From positions 411,346-475,345 of the forward strand of contig JBFXJL010000001.1 of NCBI GenBank assembly GCA_050174915.1: a stretch of 64,000 nucleotides of DNA. Direction: 5' to 3'. Below, in pieces: positions 44,674-55,190 of this stretch; the first letter of the stretch is position 1, and each line of letters opens with the position of its first letter. The notes under the pieces were generated by a model. That model was given only the letters and a program-made list of their open reading frames with translations, was not told where the DNA came from and searched no databases. Source of the stretch: Elusimicrobiales bacterium. Its GTDB lineage: Bacteria > Elusimicrobiota > Elusimicrobia > Elusimicrobiales > UBA9959. Made by a program: the position numbers and the translations under genes.

Positions 44674-46203
44674 ATGGGAATAAACAGGCCGGACCCGCGC
44701 ATACTCGTCATCAGGATGTCCTCACTCGGGGACATCATCCTGACCGCCCCCGTTTTCCGCAACCTCAAGACCAAGTGGCCGGGCGCGCGCCTGGACATTC
44801 TGGTCAAGCCGCAGTTCCTGGGGGCCGTTTCCAAGAGCGCCTTCATCGACCGGGCCATCCCTTTCTCCGGTTTGCTCTCGGCCGTGGCCGCCGCCAACGC
44901 CGCCGACTACGACGCCATCATAGACCTGCACGATACCCCCCGCAGCCGCCTCATCTCCCTGCTGGCACGCGCGCCGCTGAAGCTGCGCTACCGCAAGGCC
45001 TCGCTGGCCCGCCGCCTCTTCGTCGGCCTGCGCATCCCCAGCCCGACGCTGGAAAAGCACACGCTGGAGCGCTACCTGGAGCCGCTGGCCGCCCTGGGCG
45101 TGCCGGTGGTGCACTCCGGCCCGGAACTGGGCGACTGGAACCCCGCCGGCGACCGGCCCGAGCTCAGGAAGGGGCCGCTGCGCGTCTGCGTGCTGCAGAC
45201 CGCCTTTCTCGGCGACTGCGTGCTGACCCTGCCGCTGCTCAAGAAGCTGCGGGAGATCATGCCGCGCGCCGCGGTCACCGTGGTCACCCGCCCCGAGACC
45301 GCCGAAATTTTTAAGGCTTCCGGCCAGGTCAAGGCCGTCATCGAGGACAGGAAGAAAACCGCCCCCTCGCGCCTGGGCGAATTCAACCGCCTGGCCGCAG
45401 AGCTGCGCGCCGGAAATTTCGACGCGGCCATCATCCCCCACCGCTCGTTGCGCAGCGCCCTGCTGGCCTGGCGCGCCGGCATCCCGGTGCGGGTGGGCTT
45501 CTCTTCGAGCGCGGGCAGCTTCCTGATGACGCACAAGGTACCCTTCTCCTGGCTGCTGCACGACGTGGAGCGCAACCTCTCGCTGCTCTCCCCCCTGGCC
45601 GAGAACCTGACCGCCGCTTTCCCCGGCATGAAGCGCGACGCCGGCGCCCCCTACGGCAAGCAAGACAAGGTCATAGCCGGCATCAACGCGGGCTCGGCCT
45701 GGCCCACCAAGCGCTGGCCCGCCGAAAAATGGGCGCGCCTGATAAAACTGCTGGCCGCCGCGCACGGCGGAAAAGTGCTGATGGTGGGCGGCCCCGGCGA
45801 GAAAGAATGGAACGGCGAGATAGAGCGCCTGGCCGGACCCGACAACTGCCTCAACCTGACCGGCCGTACCTCCATGCCCGAACTTATGGAGGCCATCCGC
45901 CCGCTTAAAGTTTTCATCTCCAACGACTCGGGCCCCATGCACATCGCGGCGGCGCTCGGCGTGCCCGCCGTGGGCGTCTTCGGCCCCACCACGCGCGAGC
46001 TCGGCTTTTTTCCCTACGGCCCTAATAACCGGGTGGTGGAGACGCCGCTGGCCTGCCGGCCCTGCGCGCTGCACGGCTCCAGGACCTGCCCCCGCGGGCA
46101 CTTCCTGTGCATGCGCCTGCTCACGGTGGACGAAGTTTTCCGCGCGGCGCAGGATTGCAGAAAGTCCCGCGCCGCCCATCTCACGGAGGCCGCGAAATTA
46201 TGA
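44674..46203 (+). CDS. glycosyltransferase family 9 (heptosyltransferase-like) with a duplicated N-terminal domain
   Basis: 509 aa. The first GT9 N-domain (ILVIRMSSLGDIILTAPVF) spans residues 1 to about 167. A complete GT9 follows (RVCVLQTAFLGDCVLTLPLL ... SNDSGPMHIAAALGVP). Confidence 0.85.
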   Translation: MGINRPDPRILVIRMSSLGDIILTAPVFRNLKTKWPGARLDILVKPQFLGAVSKSAFIDRAIPFSGLLSAVAAANAADYDAIIDLHDTPRSRLISLLARAPLKLRYRKASLARRLFVGLRIPSPTLEKHTLERYLEPLAALGVPVVHSGPELGDWNPAGDRPELRKGPLRVCVLQTAFLGDCVLTLPLLKKLREIMPRAAVTVVTRPETAEIFKASGQVKAVIEDRKKTAPSRLGEFNRLAAELRAGNFDAAIIPHRSLRSALLAWRAGIPVRVGFSSSAGSFLMTHKVPFSWLLHDVERNLSLLSPLAENLTAAFPGMKRDAGAPYGKQDKVIAGINAGSAWPTKRWPAEKWARLIKLLAAAHGGKVLMVGGPGEKEWNGEIERLAGPDNCLNLTGRTSMPELMEAIRPLKVFISNDSGPMHIAAALGVPAVGVFGPTTRELGFFPYGPNNRVVETPLACRPCALHGSRTCPRGHFLCMRLLTVDEVFRAAQDCRKSRAAHLTEAAKL

Positions 46204-47009
46204 CAATAGCTGCTGTGACATTAGTCCTGATAGCCCTGGGCGCCAGCGCCCGCTGGACCTGGTGGCGGAGCTCCGCCCCGGGCATGAAAGTGCTCTGTTA
46301 TCATAAAGTCGGCACCCCCCCGCCCGGCTCGAAACTGAAAGACCTGTGGGTCAGCCCGAAGAAGTTCCGCTCGCAGGTGAAGTACTTGCTAGACCACGGC
46401 TACACCACGCTGTTCTTCTCAGACCTCAAAAAACTGCGCGACGCCGGCCAGCCGCTGCCGGAGAAGTCCGTGCTGATCACTTTCGACGACGGCTACGAGA
46501 ACAATTACACCGAGGCCTGGCCCATACTCAAAGAACTGGGCGCCAAGGGCAATATTTTCGTGGTCTACAACACCATCGGCAAGACCAACCTCTGGCATAA
46601 CCCAGCCTCCGAGGCCTGGGTCAACATGGCCACGCTGGAGCAGCTCAAGGAAATGCAGGCCAGCGGCGTCATAGAGTACGGCTCGCATACCATGAACCAC
46701 CCCCACCTTTCCGCGCTCAAGCTCGACGACGCGGCCTGGGAGATGGCCGAATCCAAGCGCCAGCTCGAGGCCGCCTTCGGCCGTGAGATGTGCGCCTTCG
46801 CCTATCCCTACGGGGACGGCGCCTACGCCCCCGCTATCAGGGCCAAGGCCCTGGAGGCCGGCTACACTTTCGACTTCAGCTTCAAGCAGGGCAAGACGCC
46901 CTGGCCCTGGGACCGCGAGAACCGGACCATAGACCGCCTGTTCATCCGCGGCGGCGACAACAACTGGGACCTGGCGCTGCAGCTCTCCCGCGGCGCCTCG
47001 AGACTTTAA
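46200..47009 (+). CDS. polysaccharide deacetylase (NodB/CE4) family protein
   Basis: ATG at 46200 overlaps the upstream stop (ATGA). TM anchor present. ITFDDGYENNY and GSHTMNHPHL motifs. Confidence 0.85.
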   Translation: MTIAAVTLVLIALGASARWTWWRSSAPGMKVLCYHKVGTPPPGSKLKDLWVSPKKFRSQVKYLLDHGYTTLFFSDLKKLRDAGQPLPEKSVLITFDDGYENNYTEAWPILKELGAKGNIFVVYNTIGKTNLWHNPASEAWVNMATLEQLKEMQASGVIEYGSHTMNHPHLSALKLDDAAWEMAESKRQLEAAFGREMCAFAYPYGDGAYAPAIRAKALEAGYTFDFSFKQGKTPWPWDRENRTIDRLFIRGGDNNWDLALQLSRGASRL

Positions 47010-47046
47010 GGTCATTTTGTATAATAACAGCGCGAGGTAAACACAA

Positions 47047-47247
47047 ATGAAAGATTTAGGCATAGGCAAACTGGTTAGCGAGCTGGCCCGGACCAATACC
47101 GAGCTCTGGCACGAGGAAGACAAGGCTCGCGTGGGCGACGTGCCGGCCATAGCCGCCGCCAAGAAGAACATCGACAAACTTAACCAGCAGCGCAACGACC
47201 TCATCGAGCGCATAGACGAGCGTGTGCTGGAGGCTATCAATGGCTGA
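47047..47247 (+). CDS. small helical protein, DUF4254-like
   Basis: 66 aa. The [12 protein letters not shown] motif resembles the DUF4254 signature. This family is often seen next to heptosyltransferases, from my recollection and not verified. Confidence 0.5.
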   Translation: MKDLGIGKLVSELARTNTELWHEEDKARVGDVPAIAAAKKNIDKLNQQRNDLIERIDERVLEAING

Positions 47248-47515
47248 GACCATTGGCAGCCTGGCAGACAAGATCAGCATCATCCAGCTCAAGATCTTCC
47301 ACATGCGAGAGCAGCTCGATCGCGCCGACGCTACGCCGGAGCATAAGACCGCCTGCGCGGGCAAGCTGGAGGTGATGGGCACGCAGGTGCGCGACCTGGA
47401 GGACGAGCTGACGCAGCTGGTCTCCGACGTGGCCGCAGGCCGGGTCAAGCTCAAGATCTACCGCCAGTTCAAGATGTACAACGACCCCCGCTACCGCACC
47501 GCCGCGGCGAAGTAA
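47240..47515 (+). CDS. small helical protein, distant paralog of the preceding ORF
   Basis: 91 aa from the ATG at 47240, overlapping the upstream stop by 8 nt. It is a predicted coiled coil. Confidence 0.45.
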   Translation: MAETIGSLADKISIIQLKIFHMREQLDRADATPEHKTACAGKLEVMGTQVRDLEDELTQLVSDVAAGRVKLKIYRQFKMYNDPRYRTAAAK

Positions 47516-47524
47516 TACGTGGTT

Positions 47525-47718
47525 GCCGGGTACCGCCTCACCGCTCGCTCATAGAGCGTGCGCGGCGGAAGAGGGCCTGCGGTCCTCCGCCGGCGAAGAA
47601 CTCGGCTCGCACACCGTGCTCGCCTCAGACATTCTTCGCCGCGGCCTTAATGATAGGCCGTCCGCTGCGGACCTTGGCCCTGCGCACTAAAATCGCTCCC
47701 GGTGAGGCGGCACCCGGC
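47525..47718 (-). repeat. nested-palindrome intergenic element, type 3, copy 2
   Basis: 19-bp terminal inverted repeat GCCGGGTACCGCCTCACCG / CGGTGAGGCGGCACCCGGC. Its one mismatch is G-U compatible only on the minus strand. The core is shared with 4959-5150. Confidence 0.8.
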
Positions 47719-47735
47719 AGCCGGCACAAATTTAC

Positions 47736-48683
47736 ATGGGACCTGGAATACTAATCATCGTTTACAAGGGCATCGGCGACGTGCTGCTTACCACGCCGCT
47801 GCTGCGCGCGCTCAAGAAAGGCCTGCCGGACTCGCGCCTCTATTTCCTCACGCGCCGCCCCTCGCGGCGCATCCTCGAGAACAACCCGCGTCTCTCCGGC
47901 GTGTTCTACCGCGAGGACAAGCCGCTGGCGGCCATACGCGCCGCCGGCATAGACATCTCGATGGATTTCATGCGCTCCGCCTCCTCCGGCCTCTACGCCC
48001 TGTTCTCCGGCGCCAAAAAGCGGCTGGCTTTCGACGCCCCCGGCGCCTGGCTCTTCCATAACACCCGCCCCGCCAAACGGCAGGAGAACGCCTACACCGT
48101 CTTCGACCGGCTGCAGCTGCTGGAACCGCTGGGCCTACAGCACGACGGACCGCAGATGGAACTGGAATTAAAGCCGGAGAACGCGGCCAAGGCAAGCGCC
48201 TTCCTGGCCGGCGCCGGAGTAAAACCCGGCGAGTTTGTGATCACTTTCGACATCACCAGCCCGCGCGAACACCGCCGCTGGGCTCCGAAAAATTTCGCCG
48301 CCCTGGCCGACGCCGCCGCCGAGCGCTGCGGCGCGCGCTCAGTGTTCCTGTGGGGCCCCGGCGAGCTGGACTATGTAAAGGCCGCCCTGGCCGAAGCCAA
48401 GAGCCCCCACCTGCTCTGCCCCGATTTCGACCTGCTGGACCTCGCGGCCCTGCAGAAGCGCGCCTCGCTGCACGCCGGCACCAGCTCCGCCCCCATGCAC
48501 CTGGCGGTCAGCCAGGGCACCCCCACTTTCACCGTCTACGCCCACCAGAATTCCCCGGCCAGCTGGACGCCGCCCGGCCCGCGCCATGCCTGGGCCCAGG
48601 GCGATCTGGCCTCCCTGCCCTTCGAGACCGTGCGGGACAGCTTCCTGGCGCATATAGAAAAGATCAAAGGACTGCCCGCATGA
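47736..48683 (+). CDS. glycosyltransferase family 9 (heptosyltransferase-like)
   Basis: 315 aa. ILIIVYKGIGDVLLTTPLLRALK and GTSSAPMHLAV motifs. Confidence 0.85.
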   Translation: MGPGILIIVYKGIGDVLLTTPLLRALKKGLPDSRLYFLTRRPSRRILENNPRLSGVFYREDKPLAAIRAAGIDISMDFMRSASSGLYALFSGAKKRLAFDAPGAWLFHNTRPAKRQENAYTVFDRLQLLEPLGLQHDGPQMELELKPENAAKASAFLAGAGVKPGEFVITFDITSPREHRRWAPKNFAALADAAAERCGARSVFLWGPGELDYVKAALAEAKSPHLLCPDFDLLDLAALQKRASLHAGTSSAPMHLAVSQGTPTFTVYAHQNSPASWTPPGPRHAWAQGDLASLPFETVRDSFLAHIEKIKGLPA

Positions 48684-49777
48684 GCTTCTCCGCCGAAAAG
48701 ACCCGCGACTCGCTGCGGCAGCACCTGGCCGGCCGCCTGCTGCTGAGCCTGCTGTCGCTTACCTACTCCGGCGTGATCCGCGCGCGCAAAGCCCTTTACG
48801 CCCGGCGCGTTCTAAAAAGCCGCAGGCTGCCCGTGCCGGTGGTCTGCTTCGGCAACATCTCCTCCGGCGGCACCGGCAAGACCTCCACCGTGGTCACCGT
48901 AGCGCTGGAGCTGGCGCGCTCGGGCCGCAAGCCGGCCGTGCTGCTGCGCGGCTACCGCCGCAAAGCCCCCCCGAACAGCGTCACCGTGCTGACCAAGGGC
49001 CGCCCGCTGGTGCTCGACGAGGCCGGCGACGAGGCGCTGATGCTCTACCGCATGCTCGAGCCCGCCGGCGTGCCGGTGATAGTTTCGGCCGACCGCTACG
49101 CCTCCGGCACCGCCGCCGTGGAGCTGGGCGCGGACCTGCTCCTGATGGACGACGGCTACCAGCATTTCGCGCTGGAGCGCGACGCGGACATAGTGCTGGT
49201 CAACGCCACCGCCCCTTTCTACCGCGACCGGGTGCTGCCAGCCGGCGACCTGCGCGAATCCCCGTCCGGCCTGGAGCGCGCCGCCGCCGTGGTCATCACG
49301 CATTGCGAGCAGGTGACGCAGGACGCCGTGGACGAACTGCGCGCCGAGATCAAGCGCCTGGCGCCGGCCGCCGAGATAATCGAGAGCATGCACGCCCCCG
49401 AGACTTTCATAGACCCGGCCACCGCGGTGAACGTGGACCTCAACGCCCTGCGCGGCCGGCCCGCCGTGGCCCTGTCCGGCATCGGCGACCCGGCCTCGTT
49501 CGAGAACGTGCTCAAGAAAATGCAATTGGACCTCAAGCAGATCTGGCGCTACCCGGACCACCACGCCTTCACGCCGGAGGAGCTCGCCGCGGCCCAGCAG
49601 ACCCGCGACGGCCTGCCGCTGATCACCACCTACAAGGATTTCTCCCGTTTCCCCCCGGGCTGGCAGAGCCTGCTGGGCGGCGGCGTACTGATACTTTCGG
49701 TAAAGATCGTCTTCCTGCTCGACGGCTGGAAGCGCCTGATGCGCGTGGTGGACAGCGCCGGGAAGGCTAAAGATTGA
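48680..49777 (+). CDS. lpxK: tetraacyldisaccharide 4'-kinase
   Basis: ATG at 48680 (ATGA overlap). P-loop GNISSGGTGKTS, SRGY-like LRGYRR, and DDGYQH motifs. Confidence 0.9.
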   Translation: MSFSAEKTRDSLRQHLAGRLLLSLLSLTYSGVIRARKALYARRVLKSRRLPVPVVCFGNISSGGTGKTSTVVTVALELARSGRKPAVLLRGYRRKAPPNSVTVLTKGRPLVLDEAGDEALMLYRMLEPAGVPVIVSADRYASGTAAVELGADLLLMDDGYQHFALERDADIVLVNATAPFYRDRVLPAGDLRESPSGLERAAAVVITHCEQVTQDAVDELRAEIKRLAPAAEIIESMHAPETFIDPATAVNVDLNALRGRPAVALSGIGDPASFENVLKKMQLDLKQIWRYPDHHAFTPEELAAAQQTRDGLPLITTYKDFSRFPPGWQSLLGGGVLILSVKIVFLLDGWKRLMRVVDSAGKAKD

Positions 49778-50355
49778 TGCGCGCCTGGCCCCGCACCCTC
49801 AAGAAAGCCCCCGCCGCGCCCACGGCTTTCCTGGACCGCGACGGCACGCTGAACCGGAACCGGACCGGTGTCTACGTCACAGCGCCGGAGCAGCTGATAC
49901 TCTACGCGTCGGCCGCCAGGGCAGTAAAACTCCTGTCGGAAAAAGGTTACCGGATAGTGGTGCTGACCAACCAGTCCGCGGTGGGCCGCGGCTACATGAC
50001 GCTGGCCGAGTCCAAAGCCATCAATCTAAAACTGGTGCGCGACCTGCGCGCCGCCGGCGCGCCCGTAGCGGCCGTCTATTTCTGCCCGCACGCCCCCGAC
50101 GCGGCTTGCGCCTGCCGCAAGCCCCGCCCGGGCCTGCTGCTGGAAGCCGCCAAAGACCTGCCGGCCGACCCGGAGCGCTCTTTCGTGGCAGGCGACAAAC
50201 CTTCCGACCTGGCGCTGGCCAGGAACGCCGGCCTGAAGGGCTACCTGGTGCTGACCGGGGAAGGCCGCGCCGCCGGGGCCGAAGGCTACAAGGACCTGCT
50301 GGCGCTGGCCAGGGCCGTGCCCGATTTCAGCAAAAATAACAAAGGCAAAGACTAA
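49774..50355 (+). CDS. gmhB: D-glycero-D-manno-heptose 1,7-bisphosphate phosphatase (HAD-IIIA)
   Basis: FLDRDGTLN, LTNQS, the zinc-type C..H....C.CRKP motif, and GDK.SD. Confidence 0.85.
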   Translation: MMRAWPRTLKKAPAAPTAFLDRDGTLNRNRTGVYVTAPEQLILYASAARAVKLLSEKGYRIVVLTNQSAVGRGYMTLAESKAINLKLVRDLRAAGAPVAAVYFCPHAPDAACACRKPRPGLLLEAAKDLPADPERSFVAGDKPSDLALARNAGLKGYLVLTGEGRAAGAEGYKDLLALARAVPDFSKNNKGKD

Positions 50356-50356
50356 A

Positions 50357-50908
50357 ATGAAAAAACGCATACTCGTCTCCCAGGTTGTCACGCTGCTGCT
50401 GCTGCTCGCCGCCCGGCCCGAAAGCTGGCTCCTGTTCTGGGCCGGCCTCGCCGTCATGCTGCTCGGCCAACTGGTGCGCCTGGCGGCCAGCGCGGCCATA
50501 GTGAAGTCCAAGACGCTGACCACCACCGGCCCCTACGCCGCCGTGCGCAACCCCCTCTACCTCGGCACCATGGTCATGACCGCGGGGCTGATGATCATGC
50601 TCTCCTCCCCTTCCCGCCCGGCGCTGACGGCCGCGCTCTGGGCCGCCGCGGCCGCCGCCTTCGGCTGGATCTACTACGTCACCATCAAGGCCGAGGAGCA
50701 GTACCTGCAGTCCGTCTACGGCGACGCTTTCGTCAAATACAAGGCGGCCGCGCCCGCCATCCTGCCCACCCCGTCGGGCCTGGCCGCCTTCTTCGACCTT
50801 TCCGCCTACTCCGCCGAGGTCTTCCGCAAGAACAAGGAATGGCGGGGCATGACGGCCGCCGCCCTGCTGGCCGTACTGGTGGCCGCCCGCATACACTATG
50901 GTTTTTAA
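50357..50908 (+). CDS. isoprenylcysteine carboxyl / phospholipid methyltransferase family membrane protein
   Basis: 183 aa with 4-5 TM helices. LTTTGPYAAVRNPLYLG and EEQYL..YGD.F..Y motifs. Confidence 0.8.
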   Translation: MKKRILVSQVVTLLLLLAARPESWLLFWAGLAVMLLGQLVRLAASAAIVKSKTLTTTGPYAAVRNPLYLGTMVMTAGLMIMLSSPSRPALTAALWAAAAAAFGWIYYVTIKAEEQYLQSVYGDAFVKYKAAAPAILPTPSGLAAFFDLSAYSAEVFRKNKEWRGMTAAALLAVLVAARIHYGF

Positions 50909-51725
50909 ACTCCTGCTGCTGCTGGCCCTGGCCGCGCCGGCCGCGGCCGCGGGGGCCCTGCTGGAACACCCGTACTGGACCCTGCCGGCCTCTACCGCCG
51001 CCGTCACCCCGGCCGCGCCCGGCCTGGTGAACGGCGAGACGCTGGAGTACGATATCTACTGGGGCCTGATCTACGTCGGGCGCGCCTACCTCAAGATAGA
51101 GCAGACCGTGGACATCTCCTCGCGCCCGGCCCTGCATATAGTGTCCGAAGCCAGGTCCGGCTCTTTCATAAATAATTTCTATAAGGTGGCCGACCGCAAC
51201 GACTCCTGGATGGACGCCGAAACGCTGCAGTCCTACGGTTACTACAAGAAGGTCTCCGAAGGTAAATTCTTCTTCAACGAGTGGCTGATCTTCGACGCGG
51301 CGGCCAAGCGCTACCACGGCCGCAAGATGAACAAGAAGCGCCAGGTCACCGAGGTGGAAGGCCCGCTGGAAGGGGCCGTCAACGACGTGCTCTCAGGGCT
51401 CTACCGCCTGCGGGCCATGCAGATCCCCCAGGGTTCGCGCGTGGAGCTGGACGTCAACACCAAGCGCAACTGGCGCCTGACCATCAAGTCCGGCAAGAGC
51501 GAGAAGATCTCCACCCCTTACGGCAAGAAGAAGTGCACGCTGCTGGAGCCGATGGCCGGCGAAGAGGGCATTTTCGTGGCCAAGGCCGGCAAGCGCATGC
51601 TGGTCTGGATCACCGAGGACGAGCTAAAAGTGCCCATGATGCTCAAGGCCGAGATCTTCATAGGCTCCGTGACCGCCAAACTGGTGCGCCGCACCATCTC
51701 TGCCGGCCCCTATAAATTCCGCTGA
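50898..51725 (+). CDS. DUF3108 domain protein (secreted)
   Basis: Signal peptide present. GETLEYDIYWGLIYVGRAYLKIE, VNDVLSGLYRLR and MLVWITEDELKVPMMLKAEIFIGSVTAKLV motifs. Confidence 0.7.
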   Translation: MVFKLLLLLALAAPAAAAGALLEHPYWTLPASTAAVTPAAPGLVNGETLEYDIYWGLIYVGRAYLKIEQTVDISSRPALHIVSEARSGSFINNFYKVADRNDSWMDAETLQSYGYYKKVSEGKFFFNEWLIFDAAAKRYHGRKMNKKRQVTEVEGPLEGAVNDVLSGLYRLRAMQIPQGSRVELDVNTKRNWRLTIKSGKSEKISTPYGKKKCTLLEPMAGEEGIFVAKAGKRMLVWITEDELKVPMMLKAEIFIGSVTAKLVRRTISAGPYKFR

Positions 51726-51751
51726 CCCCCGCTGAACCCGGCGGGCCCATT

Positions 51752-51760
51752 TGTTATAAT
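51752..51760 (+). promoter_or_regulatory. extended -10 promoter (TGTTATAAT) 9 nt upstream of the heptose-kinase ATG
   Basis: Consensus TGnTATAAT, with no SD before the ATG at 51770. Confidence 0.5.
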
Positions 51761-51769
51761 ATTTATATT

Positions 51770-52786
51770 ATGACAAAGGCTGCTTACAAGCGTCTTTCCT
51801 CCATCGTAGCCGGCTTCCGCGGCCGCAAGATCGCCGTTTTCGGCGACCTCATGCTGGACCGCTACGTCAAAGGCTCCGTAAAGCGCATTTCCCCCGAAGC
51901 CCCGGTGCCCGTGGTGCGGGTCACCTCCGAATCCTCCGTCTGCGGCGGCGCCGCCAACGTGGCCGTCAACCTGGCCGCGCTCGGCGCCTCCCCCTCGCTG
52001 GTCTCCGTGACCGGCCGCGACGCCCCGGCGGAAGAACTGACCTCCCTGCTGGCCGCCGCCGGCGTGAGCGCCTCCGCCCTGGTGCGCGACGGCGCCTTCC
52101 GCACCATAGAGAAAACCCGCGTGATAGCCGAGCATCAGCAGGTAGTGCGCTTCGACCACGAATATCCCGCCCTTCTGGGCCACACCGCCCGCCGCGCCGC
52201 CCTCTCCTCGCTGGAAGCAGCGCTCAACGACGGCTGCCAGGCGCTCATCCTTTCCGACTACGGCAAGGGCCTGCTGGAGCCCTCCACCATAAAGGCCGCC
52301 ATCGGCTTGGCCGCCCGCAGCGGCGTCCCGGTCTTCGTGGACCCCAAGGTGGAGCATTTCCAGCTTTACCGCGGCGTGGCCTGCATCACCCCCAACACCT
52401 CCGAAGCCTACGGCGGCATGCGCCAGACGCAGAAGGACGGGCAGGAAAGCGCCGAGAAGCTCGGCCGCGACATCATGCGCCGCCTGGGCCTGCGCTCGCT
52501 GCTGATAACGCAGGGCGAGCACGGCATGACGCTGTTCACCCGCAAGGCCTCCGCGCTGGCCTCCACCCATATTCCCACCCGCGCCCGCGAGGTCTTCGAC
52601 GTGACCGGCGCCGGCGACACGGTGATCTCCACGCTGGCCCTCACCTGGGCCGCCGGAGCCACCCCCGAAGAAGCGGCCACCGCCGCCAATTTCGCCGCCG
52701 GCATAGTGGTGGCCAAGCTGGGCACCGCCTCGGCCAGCGTAGAAGAGCTGATGGAAAGCGCCAAATCATGGATAAAGACTGCCTGA
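51770..52786 (+). CDS. hldA: D-glycero-beta-D-manno-heptose-7-phosphate kinase (RfaE domain I only)
   Basis: 338 aa PfkB-fold kinase. KIAVFGDLMLDRYV and DVTGAGDTV motifs. There is no C-terminal cytidylyltransferase-like domain II. Confidence 0.85.
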   Translation: MTKAAYKRLSSIVAGFRGRKIAVFGDLMLDRYVKGSVKRISPEAPVPVVRVTSESSVCGGAANVAVNLAALGASPSLVSVTGRDAPAEELTSLLAAAGVSASALVRDGAFRTIEKTRVIAEHQQVVRFDHEYPALLGHTARRAALSSLEAALNDGCQALILSDYGKGLLEPSTIKAAIGLAARSGVPVFVDPKVEHFQLYRGVACITPNTSEAYGGMRQTQKDGQESAEKLGRDIMRRLGLRSLLITQGEHGMTLFTRKASALASTHIPTRAREVFDVTGAGDTVISTLALTWAAGATPEEAATAANFAAGIVVAKLGTASASVEELMESAKSWIKTA

Positions 52787-53514
52787 TAGTCATACCGGCC
52801 CGCTACGGCTCGCAGCGTTTCCCCGGCAAAGTGCTGGCGAGGCTCGGCGGCAAGCCCGTCATACAGTGGTGCTGGGAAGCCGCCGTCAAGGCCGGCCTCG
52901 GCGAGGTCACCATAGCCACCGAACACGAAACCGTTCTCGGCGCGGTACGCGCCTTCGGCGCCCGCGCCGTGCTGACCAGCCCGAAGTGCCAGTCCGGCAC
53001 CGACCGCGTCTACGAGGCGGCCCGCGGCACCCGCGCGGCCTACGTCATCAACATACAGGGCGACGAGCCTTTCATGACGGCCGCCACGCTGAAGAAAGCT
53101 TTTAAAAAGCTCAAGGCTTCCCCCGACTGCCAGATCGGCACGGCCTGCGTGCGGATAGAAGACAAAGCGGATATAGCAAATCCCAACTGCGTGAAGGTGG
53201 CGATGAACAAGGCCGGGCGGGCCCTCTACTTCTCCCGCTGTCCCATCCCCTTCCACCACGAGCTTTCAGACCTTAGGGACCTGCCCTACTATAAACACTG
53301 CGGCTTCTACATCTACCGCCGCAGCGCCCTGGAACGATTCGTAAAATTGAAGCCCAGCCCCCTCGAGCGGCTGGAGCGGCTGGAGCAGCTGCGGGCGCTC
53401 GAGAACGGCATGTGCATAGCCGTGGCGGAAGTGCCGGCGCTGGGGCCGGCCATAGACGTGCCGGCGGACCTGCGGGCCGCCGAACGCTTTCTCAAGCGCG
53501 CCGGGCGCCGCTAG
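52768..53514 (+). CDS. kdsB: 3-deoxy-manno-octulosonate cytidylyltransferase
   Basis: [22 protein letters not shown] and [10 protein letters not shown] motifs. Confidence 0.92.
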   Translation: MDKDCLIVIPARYGSQRFPGKVLARLGGKPVIQWCWEAAVKAGLGEVTIATEHETVLGAVRAFGARAVLTSPKCQSGTDRVYEAARGTRAAYVINIQGDEPFMTAATLKKAFKKLKASPDCQIGTACVRIEDKADIANPNCVKVAMNKAGRALYFSRCPIPFHHELSDLRDLPYYKHCGFYIYRRSALERFVKLKPSPLERLERLEQLRALENGMCIAVAEVPALGPAIDVPADLRAAERFLKRAGRR

Positions 53515-53584
53515 GACGCCGGGCCGGGCCGCCCTCAGGGAGCGGCTCTCTCAAATTGCTTTTGCGCGCAAGCGCGGGGATAAA

Positions 53585-55180
<1,596 letters not shown>

Positions 55181-55190
55181 GGAGACGCGC

